A stretch of 64,000 nucleotides of DNA from Octopus vulgaris (lineage: Eukaryota). The stretch is from positions 17,174,001 to 17,238,000 of the forward strand of contig OX597839.1 of assembly GCA_951406725.2 (NCBI GenBank), read 5' to 3'. Of the stretch, positions 1 to 12,844 are shown in pieces; position 1 is the stretch's first letter, and the number at the start of each line of letters is the position of its first letter. A program made the position numbers and the translations under genes. The notes under the pieces were generated by a model, which saw nothing but the letters and a program-made list of their open reading frames with translations, did not search any database and was not told where the DNA came from.

Positions 1-139
1 TAACCACTAGGCTATGTGTCCCCCCCTCTCTCTCTCTCTCACTATATATATATATATATGCAAACTTACATACTCACATATACACATATATATATATTAT
101 GTTTTGTGTGTGGTGCATACATACATACATATATGTATG

Positions 140-170
<31 letters not shown>

Positions 171-769
171 TTACACACACACATACATATATCTCGGAAC
201 ACGATTGTCTCTCTCTGATCAATAACTTCACTGTGTCTGTCCATTTATCTAGTTAGTCCACAGTCCTTCAATGCACAGAGTTCTACCCACGTCTCAATAT
301 CAAGATATTCAGCTACACTTCTGTCTCATCACAACGTCTTGTTATCCTTGTGTGAGTGTATGTATCTCGTTATACCCTTGTCTCTCTATATTTCTAGTTA
401 TTTCACAATCTAATTAATTCAATTATTTCACTATCTAATTATTTCACTATCTGTTTATCTATTTCGTTATTTCACTATCTGTCTAAGTTATTCTATTGTC
501 TGTCTGCACATTTATATATTTAGTTATTCCACAGTCTCTCTAATTAATTTCTTCACTGTCTGACCTTATATCCAGCTATTTCACTATTTTTCTACCTTGT
601 TATTCTCCTCGGTTTGTCTGTCTGTCTGTCTGGCGGTCAGTCTCTGTCTTCTCTCTCTGACTATTTCTCCCTCTCTCTTTCTGTCTATTTGTCCCTCTCT
701 GTCTCTCTGTCTTCCTCTCAGCATCAGTATTGCCTGTTATTTTTTCTCTCTGTGTTTGTTCTGTCTGTC

Positions 770-807
<38 letters not shown>

Positions 808-814
808 ATCTTTT

Positions 815-1065
815 TCTTGTTTCAGTCATTTGACTGTGGCCATGCTGGAGCACGACCATGCTGGAGCACGGCCATGCTGGAGCACGGCCATGCTGGAGCA
901 CCGCCTTTAGTCGAGCAACTCGACCCCCGGACTTATTCTTTGTAAGCCCAGTACTAATTCTATCGGTCTCTTTTGCCGAACCGCTAAGTGACGGGGACAT
1001 AAACACACCAGCATCGGTTGTCAAGCAATGCTAGGGGGATAAACACAGACACACAAACATACACG

Positions 1066-1099
<34 letters not shown>

Positions 1100-1263
1100 T
1101 ATGACGGGCTTCTTTCAGTTTCCGTCTACCAAATCCACTCACAAGGCATTGGTTGGCCCGAGGCTATAATAGAAGAGACTTGCCCAAGGTGCCACGCAGT
1201 GGGACTGAACCCAGAACCATGTGGTTGGTAAGCAAGCTACTTACCACACAGCCACTCCTGCAC
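815..1263 (-). mobile_element. tRNA-derived SINE family A
   Basis: A-box-like TGGCTGTGTGG and B-box-like GGTTCAGTCCC on the minus strand, a central (TA)/(TG) microsatellite, and 3' end ...ccagcatggccacagtcaaatgactgaaac. A 16-bp unit is repeated four times at 838-902. Confidence 0.88.
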
Positions 1264-1355
1264 CTATATATATATTTGCACTCTGTGCAAATATTTATTT
1301 TATTCTCTCTCTCTCTCTTTTTGTCCAGCCTGTTATTTTATTTGTCTGTCTCTGT

Positions 1356-1386
<31 letters not shown>

Positions 1387-1750
1387 TCTCTCTGTATTTG
1401 CTTTTTCCACTATGTATCTATCTACTTATACCTCTACTTGTCTCTCTGTCTACTTCATCATCTGCCTATCTAGTTATTCTACTCTCTCTCTCTCTTAGTC
1501 TCTCTCCTCCATTCTTTGTATTAAGTTATTCTGCTTTATATCTATCTACATGTACCACTAACTGTCTCTCTGTCCCTCCAATTATTTCACCCTCTCTTTA
1601 TCCAACCTGGAAATCCACTGCTTGTCCTTCTATCCAGTTATTCCACTTTGCATATATCTAGTCACTTAAGTGTTTCTCAGTCTAACTAGGTACTCTAGTG
1701 ACATCTGTATGTCTTAGATTCCTGTATCTGTCCAACTACCTACTTATATC

Positions 1751-1972
1751 TATTTCTTTACTACCCGCAAGGGGCGAAACACAGAGGGGACAAACAAGGA
1801 CAGACAAACGGATTAAGTCGATTACATCGACCCCAGTGCGTAACTGGTACTTAATTTATCGACCCTGAAAGGATGAAAGGCAAAGTCGACCTTGGCGGAA
1901 TTTGAACTCAGAACGTAGCGACACGAAATACGGCTACGCATTTAGCCCGGCGTGCTAACGTTTCTGCCAGCT
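1751..1972 (-). mobile_element. tRNA-derived SINE family B, tail type 1
   Basis: Head gctggcagaaacgttagc...gagttcaaattcc, core gtcgactttgcctttcatcctttc, tail gtttgtctgtccttgtttgtcccctc...aaagaaatag. Confidence 0.87.
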
Positions 1973-2493
1973 GTCTGTATGTCAGTCTAGTTATTCTGTT
2001 GTCTATCAATCCATTTATATTACTGTGCATCTAACTAGTTATTCTAATGTCTGTCAAAGTCTTTATTCTAATGTCTGCTTCTCTAAGTAGTTATTCCAGT
2101 GTCTGTTTAACTAGTTATTCCAGTTTCTGGTTGTCTAACAAGTTATTTCAGTGTCTAAGTAGTTATTCTAGGGTCTGTTTGTCTAACTAGTTATTCCAGT
2201 GGGATGAGGTGACTTGGTGTACCTGTTTATATACTGATGATTTGGTATGGCTGACTGGAAATTCAGCCTGTTTTCCTGACAGTGCTTTTTGGCACTGGAA
2301 GCACACACACACACACACGCATGCATGCACACGTGCATGCATACACACACACATACAGACACACATGCATGCACACACACATCCACGCATGGCCATATAC
2401 ACATGCAGAAAGAGCAAGTGAGTGAGACAGATGGAGAGAGACGTTACAATTTATTACTTCAACACTCTCCTCATACACATAAAAAGAAATCTG

Positions 2494-3775
2494 GGATCTT
2501 TTTGGTTTGAACGGCAGTTCTTAACATAATTTCTAGGTAACTAAAAAATTTTAAACTTCGTATACTGGTAGAATGTGTTTATAAAACATCGGATCTTTTC
2601 TGTTTGATGGACGGAATTTTCTAGTTAACTAAAAAATTTGAAACTTCGTATACTGGTAGAATGTGTCAAAAGAAAACATTATTGTAAACAAAATTGAAAA
2701 CAAAATTGTAATTTGTAACTTAAATGTAGTTTAATTTTACGAATTTTAACCAATGAAATCCTAGCATCTTCGAATTTTAACCAATGAAATCCCAGCATTG
2801 CTGCGTTATCGATATTGATAAAGAAATATAGCAGACGCACGACACACACACACACACTCTCTCTCTCTCTCTCAAACACATGCATATACATTTGCACAAG
2901 CACATAGTAATTAATATATAAGCGTACACACACATACAAACGGACATATACATACACACACATACGCACACAAGCATACATACACGTTCGTGAGTTGCCC
3001 CTTGCCGTAACAGATTTACACAAAAGGTAAATAAACCAGAAGGGGGGGGTCAATGTTTCATCGTTTCGGGGTCGATAAATTAAGCACCAATTACGCACTG
3101 GTGTCGAGGATTTTTTCCCAATTTATATCACAGCTTCCGACAAGCTGGGGCATGAATAAGACGTGTGCGTGTGAATTTTTAGACGCAGCAAATAATTTGA
3201 GCTCGAATGCTGCGATTTCATTGGTTAAAATTCGTAGAATTAAACTACGTTAAAGTTACGAATTACAATTTTGTTTTCAATTTTGTTTACAATAATGTTT
3301 TCTTTTGACACATTCTACAAGTATACGAAGTTTCAACTTGTTTAGTTAACTAGAAAATTCCGTCCATCAAACAGAAAAGATCCTAAACATCTTTTTCTCT
3401 TGGCTTTATTGAGAAAATTCTATAGTTTATAAGATATTTGTTGTTTTTTCTTCTTCAATTTCTGCAATTTCAACCAATCAATGACGTGTATTGAGGTAAA
3501 AAACATTCTGTGCCGTATGAATATGTCCCTCGTTCAAGAAACAGATTGGGTTTTTGATTGATTGATTGATTGATTCTAGTTTCAGCTTATGAGCTGTGGC
3601 CATGCTGGGGCACCGCCATTTACATTTCTGAAGAAAAAAAGATACCCTTCCCCCACCCCTAACCCTAACCCTAAGACAGATTGAAATGCAATAGATCGAT
3701 ACTAGGGTCATAATTATGGGTGACAATTTCATATAACTCCGCTAGAAAAAACTGCCGTTCAAACCGAAAAGATCT
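2494..3775 (+). mobile_element. GGATC-TIR MITE (family D) with nested insertions
   Basis: TIRs ggatctttt(c/t)ggtttgaacggcag...ctgccgttcaaaccgaaaagatc. Perfect 8-bp TSD gaaatctg at 2486-2493 and 3776-3783. Confidence 0.92.
2591..3383. mobile_element. Related long-TIR (~170 bp) GGATC element nested in the family D MITE
   Basis: 2591-2760 is the reverse complement of about 3214-3383. TSD aaaacatc/taaacatc. Confidence 0.88.
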
Positions 3776-4140
3776 GAAATCTGCTCACACACACACACAC
3801 ACACACATACACGCACACACACAGAGTCGGAGAGAGAGAGAGAGACAGAGAGGGAGAGAGAGAGAGAAAAACTTTAAAACGTCTGATGTCAAATAAGTCA
3901 GAGGGGAATCAGTGATGCCGGATAGGCAGTCTCAAAATGGCTGCTTCAAAACGTCTCATGCCTTTATTTCAGTGTTTCTCTGTTTAATTATTCCACTGTC
4001 TCTCTGTCACTCCTTGTCTAGTTGTCCCGAATATTTATTCTTCTATCGAGGTATTTCAATATCTACCACTGGCCACATGGACAGACACTGGACATCACGT
4101 CATTGACATACAGGAGGACAGACATTGAGAGACACTATAT

Positions 4141-4361
4141 CTATTTCTTTACTACTCACAAGGGGCTAAACATAGAGGGGACAAACAAGGACAGACAAAG
4201 GGATTAAGTCGATTACATCGACCCCAGTGCGAAACTGGTACTTTATTTATCGACCCCGAAAGGGTGAAAGGCAAAGTCGACCTCGGCGGAATTTGAACTC
4301 AGAACGTAACGGCAGACGAAATACAGCTATGCATTTCACCCGGCGTGCTAACGCTTCTGCC
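4141..4361 (-). mobile_element. SINE family B, tail type 1
   Basis: Colinear with 1751-1972. Confidence 0.87.
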
Positions 4362-4365
4362 AATA

Positions 4366-4731
4366 GGCGCAGGCGTGACTACGGGAATAGCCGCAGGCCA
4401 GCTTCCTAACCACATGGTTCCAAGTTCACTCCCACTGCGTGGAACCTTGGGCAAGTATCTTCTACTATAACCTCGGTTCAACCAAAGCCTTATGAGTGGA
4501 TTTGGTAGACGGAAACTGAAAGAAGCCCGTCGTATACATATGTGTGTGTGTGTGTGTGTTTGTCCCATCACCAACCTTTGTTGGTGTGTTTGCGTCCCCG
4601 TAAGTTAGCGGTTCGGCAAAACACATCGATAGAATGAATAACGCTTAAAATAAACTAAGTACTAGGGTAGATTCATTCGGCTAAAAATTTAAGCCGGTGC
4701 CCCAGCATGGCCGCAGTCTAATTACTGAAAC
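4366..4731 (+). mobile_element. SINE family A
   Basis: Colinear with the reverse complement of 815-1263. Confidence 0.85.
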
Positions 4732-4877
4732 CTGTAACAGTGTGAATAAAAAGTAAAAGTAAGGAAGTCATTGGGTATAACTCTTTAGATTGGAAGAGTA
4801 CAAAGACAGGGCATAGGAAAAATCAAGTCTTCCGTATTTGTCTCTTCTCCTCTCTTTACTCTTTTACTCTTTTACAT

Positions 4878-5261
4878 GTTTGTCATTTGACTGTGGCCAT
4901 GCTGGAGCACCGCCTGTAGTCGAGCAAATCGACCCCAGGACTTATTCTTTGGAAGCCTAGTACTTGTTCTATCGGTCTCTTTTGCCGAACCGCTAAGTTA
5001 CGGGGACGTAAACACACCAGCATCGGTTGTCAAGCGATGTTGGACGGGGGGGACAAACACAGACACACAAACAAATACACACACATAATACATATATATA
5101 TATACGACGGGCTTCTTTCAGTTTCCGTCTACCAAATCCACTCACAAGGCTTTGGTCGGCCCGAGGCTATAGCAGAAGGCACTTGTCCAAGGTGCCACGC
5201 AGTAGGACTGAACCCGGAACCATATGGTTCGTAAGCAAGCTACTTACCACACAGCCACTCC
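4878..5261 (-). mobile_element. SINE family A
   Basis: Near full-length copy. Confidence 0.88.
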
Positions 5262-5329
5262 TACTGTTTACTTTCTTGAGTGACTGGGGGATTACAATAT
5301 CAATGGCGCTGTCTGCACCGGTACTTCGT

Positions 5330-5965
5330 CGGTTAGGACGATGAGTGTTCCAGTTGATCTGATGAACGTTAAGTCTGCTCGTGAAATTGAAGTGCAAGTA
5401 GCTGGACACTCCACAGACACGCGTAGCCATAATGCAGTTAAAAAATAATAATAATGAAATTATTGTATACAGTGCTCAGGTGCACCACAACAAAATATAT
5501 GCGCGCTTTTAAAGCGTTACTCATTTTTGCCAGCTGAGTGGACTGGAGCAACGTGAAATGAAGTGTTTTGCTCAAGAACACAATGCGTCGCCTAGTCCAG
5601 GAATCGAAACCACAATCTTACGATCATGATGCTGACACCCTAACCACTAAGCCATTTAGCGTAAAAACAGACAATGGAACCTGGTGCGGACCCTGACCCC
5701 TACCAGTCCCTGTCAAGCCGTCCAACCCATGCCAGCATCGAAAACAGGCATTAAAACGATGATGCTGATGATAACCAGGTCTTTGGAATCAGTCTATGTT
5801 TAGGGCACACGTATTTGTGACACAGAATGTGACAAGGCTGGCCCTTTGAATTACAGGTGCAACTCACTTCTGCCAGCGGAATGGACTGGAACAACGTGAA
5901 ATATATTGTCTTATTCAAGGACAAAACACACCACCAGGAATCGAACTCGTATCCTAAGCCACGCG
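5330..5965 (-). mobile_element. SINE family C-related fragments
   Basis: gagtggactggagcaacgtgaaat...caagaacacaa...ggaatcgaa occurs twice. Confidence 0.7.
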
Positions 5966-6288
5966 CCTATTAGTGTATTTCATTGAAGATAAAACGGTGT
6001 AAACTATTAAATGTCATACTCCTCCATTGTTCTATACACTCTTTAAAAGCTACTCTTTATAAATTGTCGACCATGGATCAGGAACCATTCTTTTTTGGCA
6101 TTCTTTAAGCTGTAAAAAAGAATTCCATAATTTCCATGCTTACATTTAAAATCCAGTCGATTTCCTGACAGATATCTGCATCTAGTCTGATGTTACATCT
6201 CTAATAGCTTTTTCTCCCACACGTTTAACATTGCAGACAGTGTTCACTGTAGCAACAGCTGAGACGATTCATGCGACTCAGACATATG

Positions 6289-7030
6289 CGAGAGGGTACC
6301 CAAAAGAAACCGGAATTTTGCAATATTATTTTATTCACATAGTTTTATGTTTAAACATTTATCGACTTCATAGTATTCGGATCTTTTAAAAAAATTTTTA
6401 AAAAATTTTAAACTTCGTATACTTGTAGAATGTGTTTATAAAACATCTTTTTCTCTTAGCTTTATTAAGAAAATTCTATAGTTTGTAAGATATTTGTTGT
6501 TTTTTTCTTCAATTTCTGCAATTTCAACCAATCACTGACGTCTATTGAGGTAAAAAAACATTCTGTGCCGTATGAATATGTCCCTCGTTTAAGATTGGGT
6601 TTATTTACATTTCTGAAGAAAAAAAGATACCCTTCTCCCACCCCTAACCCTAACCCTAACTAACCCTAACCCTAAAACAGATTGAAATGCAATAGATCGA
6701 TACTAGGGTCATAATTATGGGTGACAATTTCAGATGACACCGCTAGAAAAAACTGCCGTTCAAACCGAAAAGACCCAAGTATTCTCCATTTGAAGCAATG
6801 CATCGTGTTGGAAGCAGAGCTGGAACTCTTGCAAAGTGATGCCTTTTAACGCCTCTGTTGTGTTTTTTTTTTCTTCACCTCTTCCACATTTGCAAATTCC
6901 GTAGCACCAGCTTCCGTCACCAGTGATGACCTTCGAATAAAAGGTCCGGATCAACTTCCAAACGTTCTTTCAGTTCCTGACACACATTCAGTTGTGACTG
7001 CTTTTGATCTTCCGTGAGCAAGCGAGGCAC
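6289..7030 (-). mobile_element. Internally deleted mariner remnant
   Basis: VITGDGSWCY (first catalytic Asp motif) joined to C-terminal EALKGITLQEFQLCFQ...RCIASNGEY. Confidence 0.75.
6379..6776 (+). mobile_element. Family D MITE (left TIR damaged), inserted in a mariner remnant
   Basis: Family D body. TSD tagtattc/aagtattc. Confidence 0.88.
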
Positions 7031-7034
7031 TCCG

Positions 7035-7597
7035 TGGAGGTCAACTTTGCCTTTAATTCTTTCGGGGTCGATAAATTAAGTACCATTTGAGTACTGGTGT
7101 CGATATAATCGACTTAACCCCTCCCGTAAAATTTCAGGTCTTGTGCCTATAGTAGAAAGGATTATTATTATTAAGATAACGAGCTGGAAGACCTGTCAGC
7201 ATGCAGGGCAAAATGCTCAGCGGCATTTCGCCTGTTTTTAGATTCTGAGTTCAAATTCCGTCGAAGTCGATTTGACCTTTCATCCTTCCGGGGGCGATAA
7301 AATAAGTACCAGTTGAGCTCAGGAGTTGATGTAATCGATTTATCCTCTCCTCTGAAATTGCTGGCCTTGTGCCTAAATTTGAAACCATTATTATCATCTT
7401 TCAGCACATCGGAAAAAATAAATGCTTAGCGGCGTTACTTCCCGACTGTTTACTGAGTTCAAATTCCGCCGAAGTCGACCTTGCCTTTCATCCTTTCAGA
7501 GTCAATAAAATAAGTACCAGTCAAGTACTGAGGTCGATGTAATCGACTAGTCCTCTACTCTCAAAACTACTGGCTTTTTGCCAAAATTTGAGACCAT
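7035..7597 (+). mobile_element. Three tandem SINE family B copies, tail type 2
   Basis: Repeated core followed by ggccttgtgcc...aaatttgaaacc-type tails. Confidence 0.8.
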
Positions 7598-7774
7598 AAA
7601 AACCCCCACCATTCCTTATTAAATGCCAAAATGACTTCAAATATGTTAATGGTTTTGGTTTTACTTAACATATGAGTAACCAAGAACGGAACAGGAAGGA
7701 AATTCTTAAGAGCTTTGTCATTTATTTACAGAAAGTGATATTAGATATCGAGTCCCATATACCATATCTTTGGT

Positions 7775-9560
7775 TCTTATGGCGCCTTTCGTGGCAGTAA
7801 CACGTGTCCACGGCTGTCCTCTTATTTCTTGACACTAAGTCTATCAGTTCCCTTAATGGTACGACGACAGTTCTGAAGAATTCTTGAATCTTGAGGTTAT
7901 CTCAACTTCTCGAGTGAAGCTGGTCTTAATTGTCCTAATAATGTATCCTCCAGAGGCGGAGATAATTTTAAATCAAAAATCGATGTTGTATCGCGTTTAA
8001 TGTAACTGTATTTGACTTCGTCTTTTAAAGACATGCCATTATTTCTCTTAGCTCGTTTTTGTTTAAATTATGCAAATTACCTTGGTCATACATATGTTCT
8101 ACACTTTCTGTATATCTCTATGGCCCCTGACTGCTTGCAAGGTTCGGACAATAGTCGTTATGATGACGTCTATTGATGCAGTAACACGTGTCCGAAGAGC
8201 AAGATGGGGTTGGAGAAGAGGAACCTGCCACAGAAAGAGTATGTGAAACGATGGAAGGAAGTGATGAGAAAGGTGGGTGTGAGTAACCCAGCTTAATCAT
8301 CGAAGAAAGGAAAAATTAGTTGCTGGGCCTTATAGACCGCCGGGTTCAAAATTTGGAACCTGCATTTTTCCCCTTTTCGTTTTAGCATATGTCATTTTTT
8401 TCTATTTTATTAAAAAAAAATCCCACAAAAGTTCTCGTTGTAAAGGCAAAAGTAAGCCAAGTTTTCGTTTATGTCATATTACAACTAAATTTTTAAGTCT
8501 CATTGGAACTCATATAACATTCTAGGTATTTGTCTGTCTTGTTATGTCCCTATGTAAGATCGCATGATTGTAATAAAGATTTTCCTTTGTCTCTAGACAG
8601 TAAGCCTGTCCATTCCCTTAACAGCACGACAACTCAGGAGATTTCGTGAATCTTGATGTTATCTTCCCTTCTCAAGTGGAGTTCGTCCTGAATTCCATTT
8701 GACAATTATAATAATAAATCCTCTCGAGGTGGAGATAATTTTAATAAAACAAAAATTGATATTGTATGGTATATAATATGCTTGTATTTGTCTACAGTGT
8801 TGAAGCACATGTCACGGGTTATTTCTCTTAGTTTATATTTGTTTAAATTATGCAAATTACCTTGGTCATAGCAGACGCAATGGCACAGTGGTTAGGGCAG
8901 CGGACTCGCGGCCGTAGGATCGCGGTTTCGATTCCCAGACCGGGCATTGTGAGTGTTTATTGAGCGAAAACACCTAAAGCTCCACGAGTCTCCGAGAACT
9001 ACGTTAAGGGTAAACGTGTCTGTGGAGTGCTCAGCCACTTGCACGTTAATAAATGGGCTGCGACGTCACTGGTACCAAGCTGTATCGACCTTTGTCTTTC
9101 CCTTGGATAACATCGGTGGCGTGGAGAGGGGAGGCCAGTATGCATGGGTGACTCCTGGTCTTCCATAAACAACCTTGCCCAGACTTGTGCCTAGGTGCAA
9201 TCCCATGGTCATTCATGACCGAAGGGGGTCACAACAACCTTGGTCATAAATGTGTTCTATTCTTTCTGCATATTTCAATGACACCTGGATACTGGCGATA
9301 GGTTCGGTCAGCTGTCGTTATGATGGCGCATATTTAGGCAGAAACACGTGTCCACGGCTGTCCTCTTACTTCCAGACAATAAGCTCGACTTTTTGCTTAA
9401 TGGAATGTCAGTTTTAGAGAATTCTTGATTTGTTTTTCTCTCTCCTTTTCAAGTGGAGCTGGTCTTAATTGCCGTTTGGTGATTATGATAGATCCTGTTG
9501 AAGTGGCGATAATATTAACTAATCAAGAATTGACTCTGTGTAATATTTGATATACCTAAG
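7775..9560. repeat. Diverged ~390-bp tandem repeat (about three copies, interrupted)
   Basis: gcag(t/a)aacacgtgtcc occurs near 7797, 8178 and 9338. ttaaattatgcaaattaccttggtcata occurs near 8063 and 8843. Confidence 0.8.
8871..9236 (+). mobile_element. SINE family C variant
   Basis: tRNA-like head. 12-bp TSD accttggtcata on both sides. Confidence 0.88.
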
Positions 9561-9929
9561 TCGCGAGCTTGCAGAACCGTTAGCATGCCTAGCAAAATAA
9601 TTAATTTGTTAGACTACGAAATCTATTATATCCTTGACTTTTTGATACAAGATTTTGTTTTGAGTGACATTTGGCTGCCATTTCTAGCAAGTTATTGGAA
9701 ATATAATGAGTCCTTCATATTAGTTACTTTTTTTCTGTTAGATTTGTTTCAGTGTCAGCGTCGGACAAATAAATAACGGTGATTGATCAAACTCTGCGTT
9801 ATAAGTTCAAATCTCGCTCGCGTCAACTTTGATTTTTACCCTTCCAGTGGATCAGAGTGAATAAACTGTTGCACAGTGCAAAGTTTTTCTCCGTTTTTTA
9901 AAAACCGAAAAAATGTATGTTCACGCGCG

Positions 9930-10203
9930 CGTGAGTTCGATTCCCCGCGGCGCGTTGGGTCCTTGAGCTAGACACTTTATTTGACGTTGTTCTAGTCCAC
10001 TCGGCTGTCAAAAATGAGTAGTACCTGTCTGTAAGTTAAAGGGGCCAGTCTTGTCGCATTCCGTGTCACGCTGAATCGCCAACTACGTTAAGGTTACACA
10101 TGTTTGTGGAGTGCTCAGCCACTTGCACGTCAATTTCACAAGCAAACTGTTTTGTTGGTCAGATCAACAGAAACCGTCATCGTCATAACTGACGGAGTGC
10201 CAG
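9930..10203 (+). mobile_element. SINE family C-related copy
   Basis: gagttcgattccc B box and the family C central motif. Confidence 0.7.
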
Positions 10204-10318
10204 TTATCAGAACGTTTGTGTGTGTGCATGTATGTGTGCGTATGCGTATATATATGTATGTATGTATGTATGTGTGCACGTGTATGTGTGTGTGTATGTT
10301 ACTCATTTACTCATTCAC

Positions 10319-10696
10319 TTGTTTCAGTCATTTGACTGTGGCCATGCTGGAGCACCGCCTTTAGTCGAGAAAATCGACCCCAGGACTTATTCTTCGTAAG
10401 CCTAGTACTTATTTAATCGGTCTCTTTTGCCGAACCACTAAGTTACGGGGGCGTAAACACACCAGCATCGGTTGTCAAGCGATGTTGGGGGAGGGGCAAA
10501 CACAACAAACAAACATATATATATACATAAATACGACGGGCTTCTTTCAGTTTCCGACTACCAAATCCACTCACAAAGCTTTGATCGACCCGAGGCTATA
10601 GCAGAAGACACTTGCCCAAGGTGCCACGCAGCGGGACTGAACCCGGAACCATGTGGTTCGTAAGCAAGCTACTTACCACACAGCCACTCCTGCGCC
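10319..10696 (-). mobile_element. SINE family A
   Basis: Near full-length copy. Confidence 0.88.
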
Positions 10697-10944
10697 TTGT
10701 TAGTACAAGTTTTGTTGGTTTAGCTTTACGAATTAATCTTTCACTAAATTTTGTTTACATGCCGAGTCAAACGTGCAGTTTTGTTGATTAATGCACCAAA
10801 AGTGCCTTGACCCTGAATCAACAGCTGATGAAAATGCATGAATTTGTCTGCATTTTCTATTGTGTTTTATACCTGTTGCCCCTGCTTAATTCTCTCCCGC
10901 TTTTCTCTCTTACACACACACTTATACTTTTATAATTATGTATG

Positions 10945-11002
<58 letters not shown>

Positions 11003-11288
11003 GGGTTACCTACTTGCAAACAAATGTGGTAACATGTAACAATATTGACCGAGGTTACCGTGGTCTTTTCCGTAGGCTTTTCTTCCTACGGATAAACCTT
11101 ATCTGCTTCCCCCTTTACATCATGACACTGTGATACACGATCCTTTTTTCTTTTCCTTCTTTCTCTTTTACGATCCCTTTTGATCAAAAACCTACCCCAC
11201 CTTTTTTTTTTCTTTCCCCAAAAAAGAAAAGCTCTACTTTGTAATCTGTCCCGTCTGTGTGCAGCCCTGTGTGACTAATAAAGAAACA
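11003..11288 (+). mobile_element. Probable LINE 3' UTR fragment inserted in (TCTA)n
   Basis: Ends gtcccgtctgtgtgcagccctgtgtgactaataaagaaa, similar to SINE B tail 1. TCTA arrays lie on both sides. Confidence 0.55.
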
Positions 11289-11379
<91 letters not shown>

Positions 11380-11427
11380 TTGTCTGTCTATCTATCTATC
11401 CATCCATCCATACACACACACACTGTA

Positions 11428-11645
11428 TGAGGGCTGTGCTGAAAAGTTCCTGGCTTTAAGGGTGTCGCGAAAGGCTTGGTTGGAGGCCCAATCTTCCAAG
11501 TTCTTTTACAGGGCTTAGTAAAACTGAAGGACCTCTGCAATAACTGAGTGAATCTGGGAGGGGAATATGTTGAATAAAATCATAATTAACTGATCCTCCT
11601 GTATTTTCTTCTACCCAGAGCCAGGAACCTTTCAGCACCTCCTCG
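11428..11645 (+). mobile_element. ~215-bp mariner-derived MITE
   Basis: TIR core gtgctgaaaagttcctggct / agccaggaacctttcagcac, TA flanks, and a remnant transposase end GGEYVE*. Confidence 0.85.
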
Positions 11646-11758
11646 TATGTCTGTCTGTCTGTATGTATGTATGTAATTATGTATGTATGTATGTATGTAT
11701 GTATGTATGTATGTATGTGTGTATGTATGTATGTATGTATGTATGTATGCATGCGTGC

Positions 11759-11801
<43 letters not shown>

Positions 11802-11879
11802 CATGCATATATACATACATAGACATGGAGCGGGCCAATCCTTGGCTGAAACATCTAAGTTATTTATTTACGCGCGCGT

Positions 11880-12633
11880 ATGATGATGACGACGATGACC
11901 ATGACAATGATGACGATGATGGTGATGGTGGTGGTGACGATTCTCTGCCCAAGGTCAGATCTATAATCAACCACATTCAAACAGTGACTATTTACTTACT
12001 TAATTAATTAATTAATTCGTAATGGTAATAGATGTTGAACAATATTATCCACCTCTTTCGTTTAAAAAACCCCCAAAAGAATGAAAACAGAAAAAGCGTG
12101 TGGAATTTTGAAGCTTTTTTTTTTTTGCTGCTATTTCTGGCAGGTTGAACGACCACGTTATGCAGTCTGCTCACTCGCTGACTATGGGAGCGGTCACAGT
12201 ACTGGTGGTGGTGGTGGTGATGATGATGATAGCTATGGTGATAATGAGGGTGATGACGACGTCGATGATGATGATGACGACGATAAGGACGATGACACTG
12301 ATGACGGCGTCGATGATGACGATGACGGTGATGATGATAGTGATGAGGACGATGAGGACGATGATGGCGATCATGACAATGACGCTGATGACGGCGTCGA
12401 TGATGACGATGACGATGAAGATGATGACGATGATGGTGATGATGAGGATGCTGATGACAGCTATGGCGATAATATGAGGTTGACGACGAGGGTGACGATG
12501 ACGACTGCGATGACAACGCCGAAGACAACGACGACGACGACGATGATGCTAATAATGATGATAGTGACGACGACGACGACGATGATTCAAATTATGCTGC
12601 TGCTGCTGCTGCTGCTGATGCTGATGATGATTT
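11880..12633. repeat. (GAT/GAC/GGT/GCT)n trinucleotide tracts
   Basis: Seen directly. Confidence 0.9.
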
Positions 12634-12844
12634 ATTAGTGAAACTATTTCATGTGTTAAGGAAGTAATTGAGTGTCGCTGTAAAAGAAAAACAAAGAAAA
12701 TAGAAACAAGCAACGCATCTCCTTCGTTTTTTCCCTTCTCAATTTTTTTCTTTTACTTCAAATTGTTTTTCCTTCTTCTCCCCACACGTTTCTTTCTTTT
12801 TATTATCGACCTTGATAATACATAATAATTTATTGCTTTCTATA

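Noticed and set aside
838-902. CRISPR-like direct repeats
   Set aside because: A spacerless 16-bp tandem slippage inside a SINE, in a eukaryotic context with no cas genes.
6644-6673. Interstitial telomere or chromosome-fusion scar
   Set aside because: The TAACCC units are an internal part of the family D MITE.
12081-12638. 185-aa Asp-rich ORF and antisense His-rich ORF
   Set aside because: Both are explained by GAT/GAC trinucleotide tracts. Several frames are open, there is no domain, and the apparent acceptor at 12143 belongs to a dispersed repeat motif.
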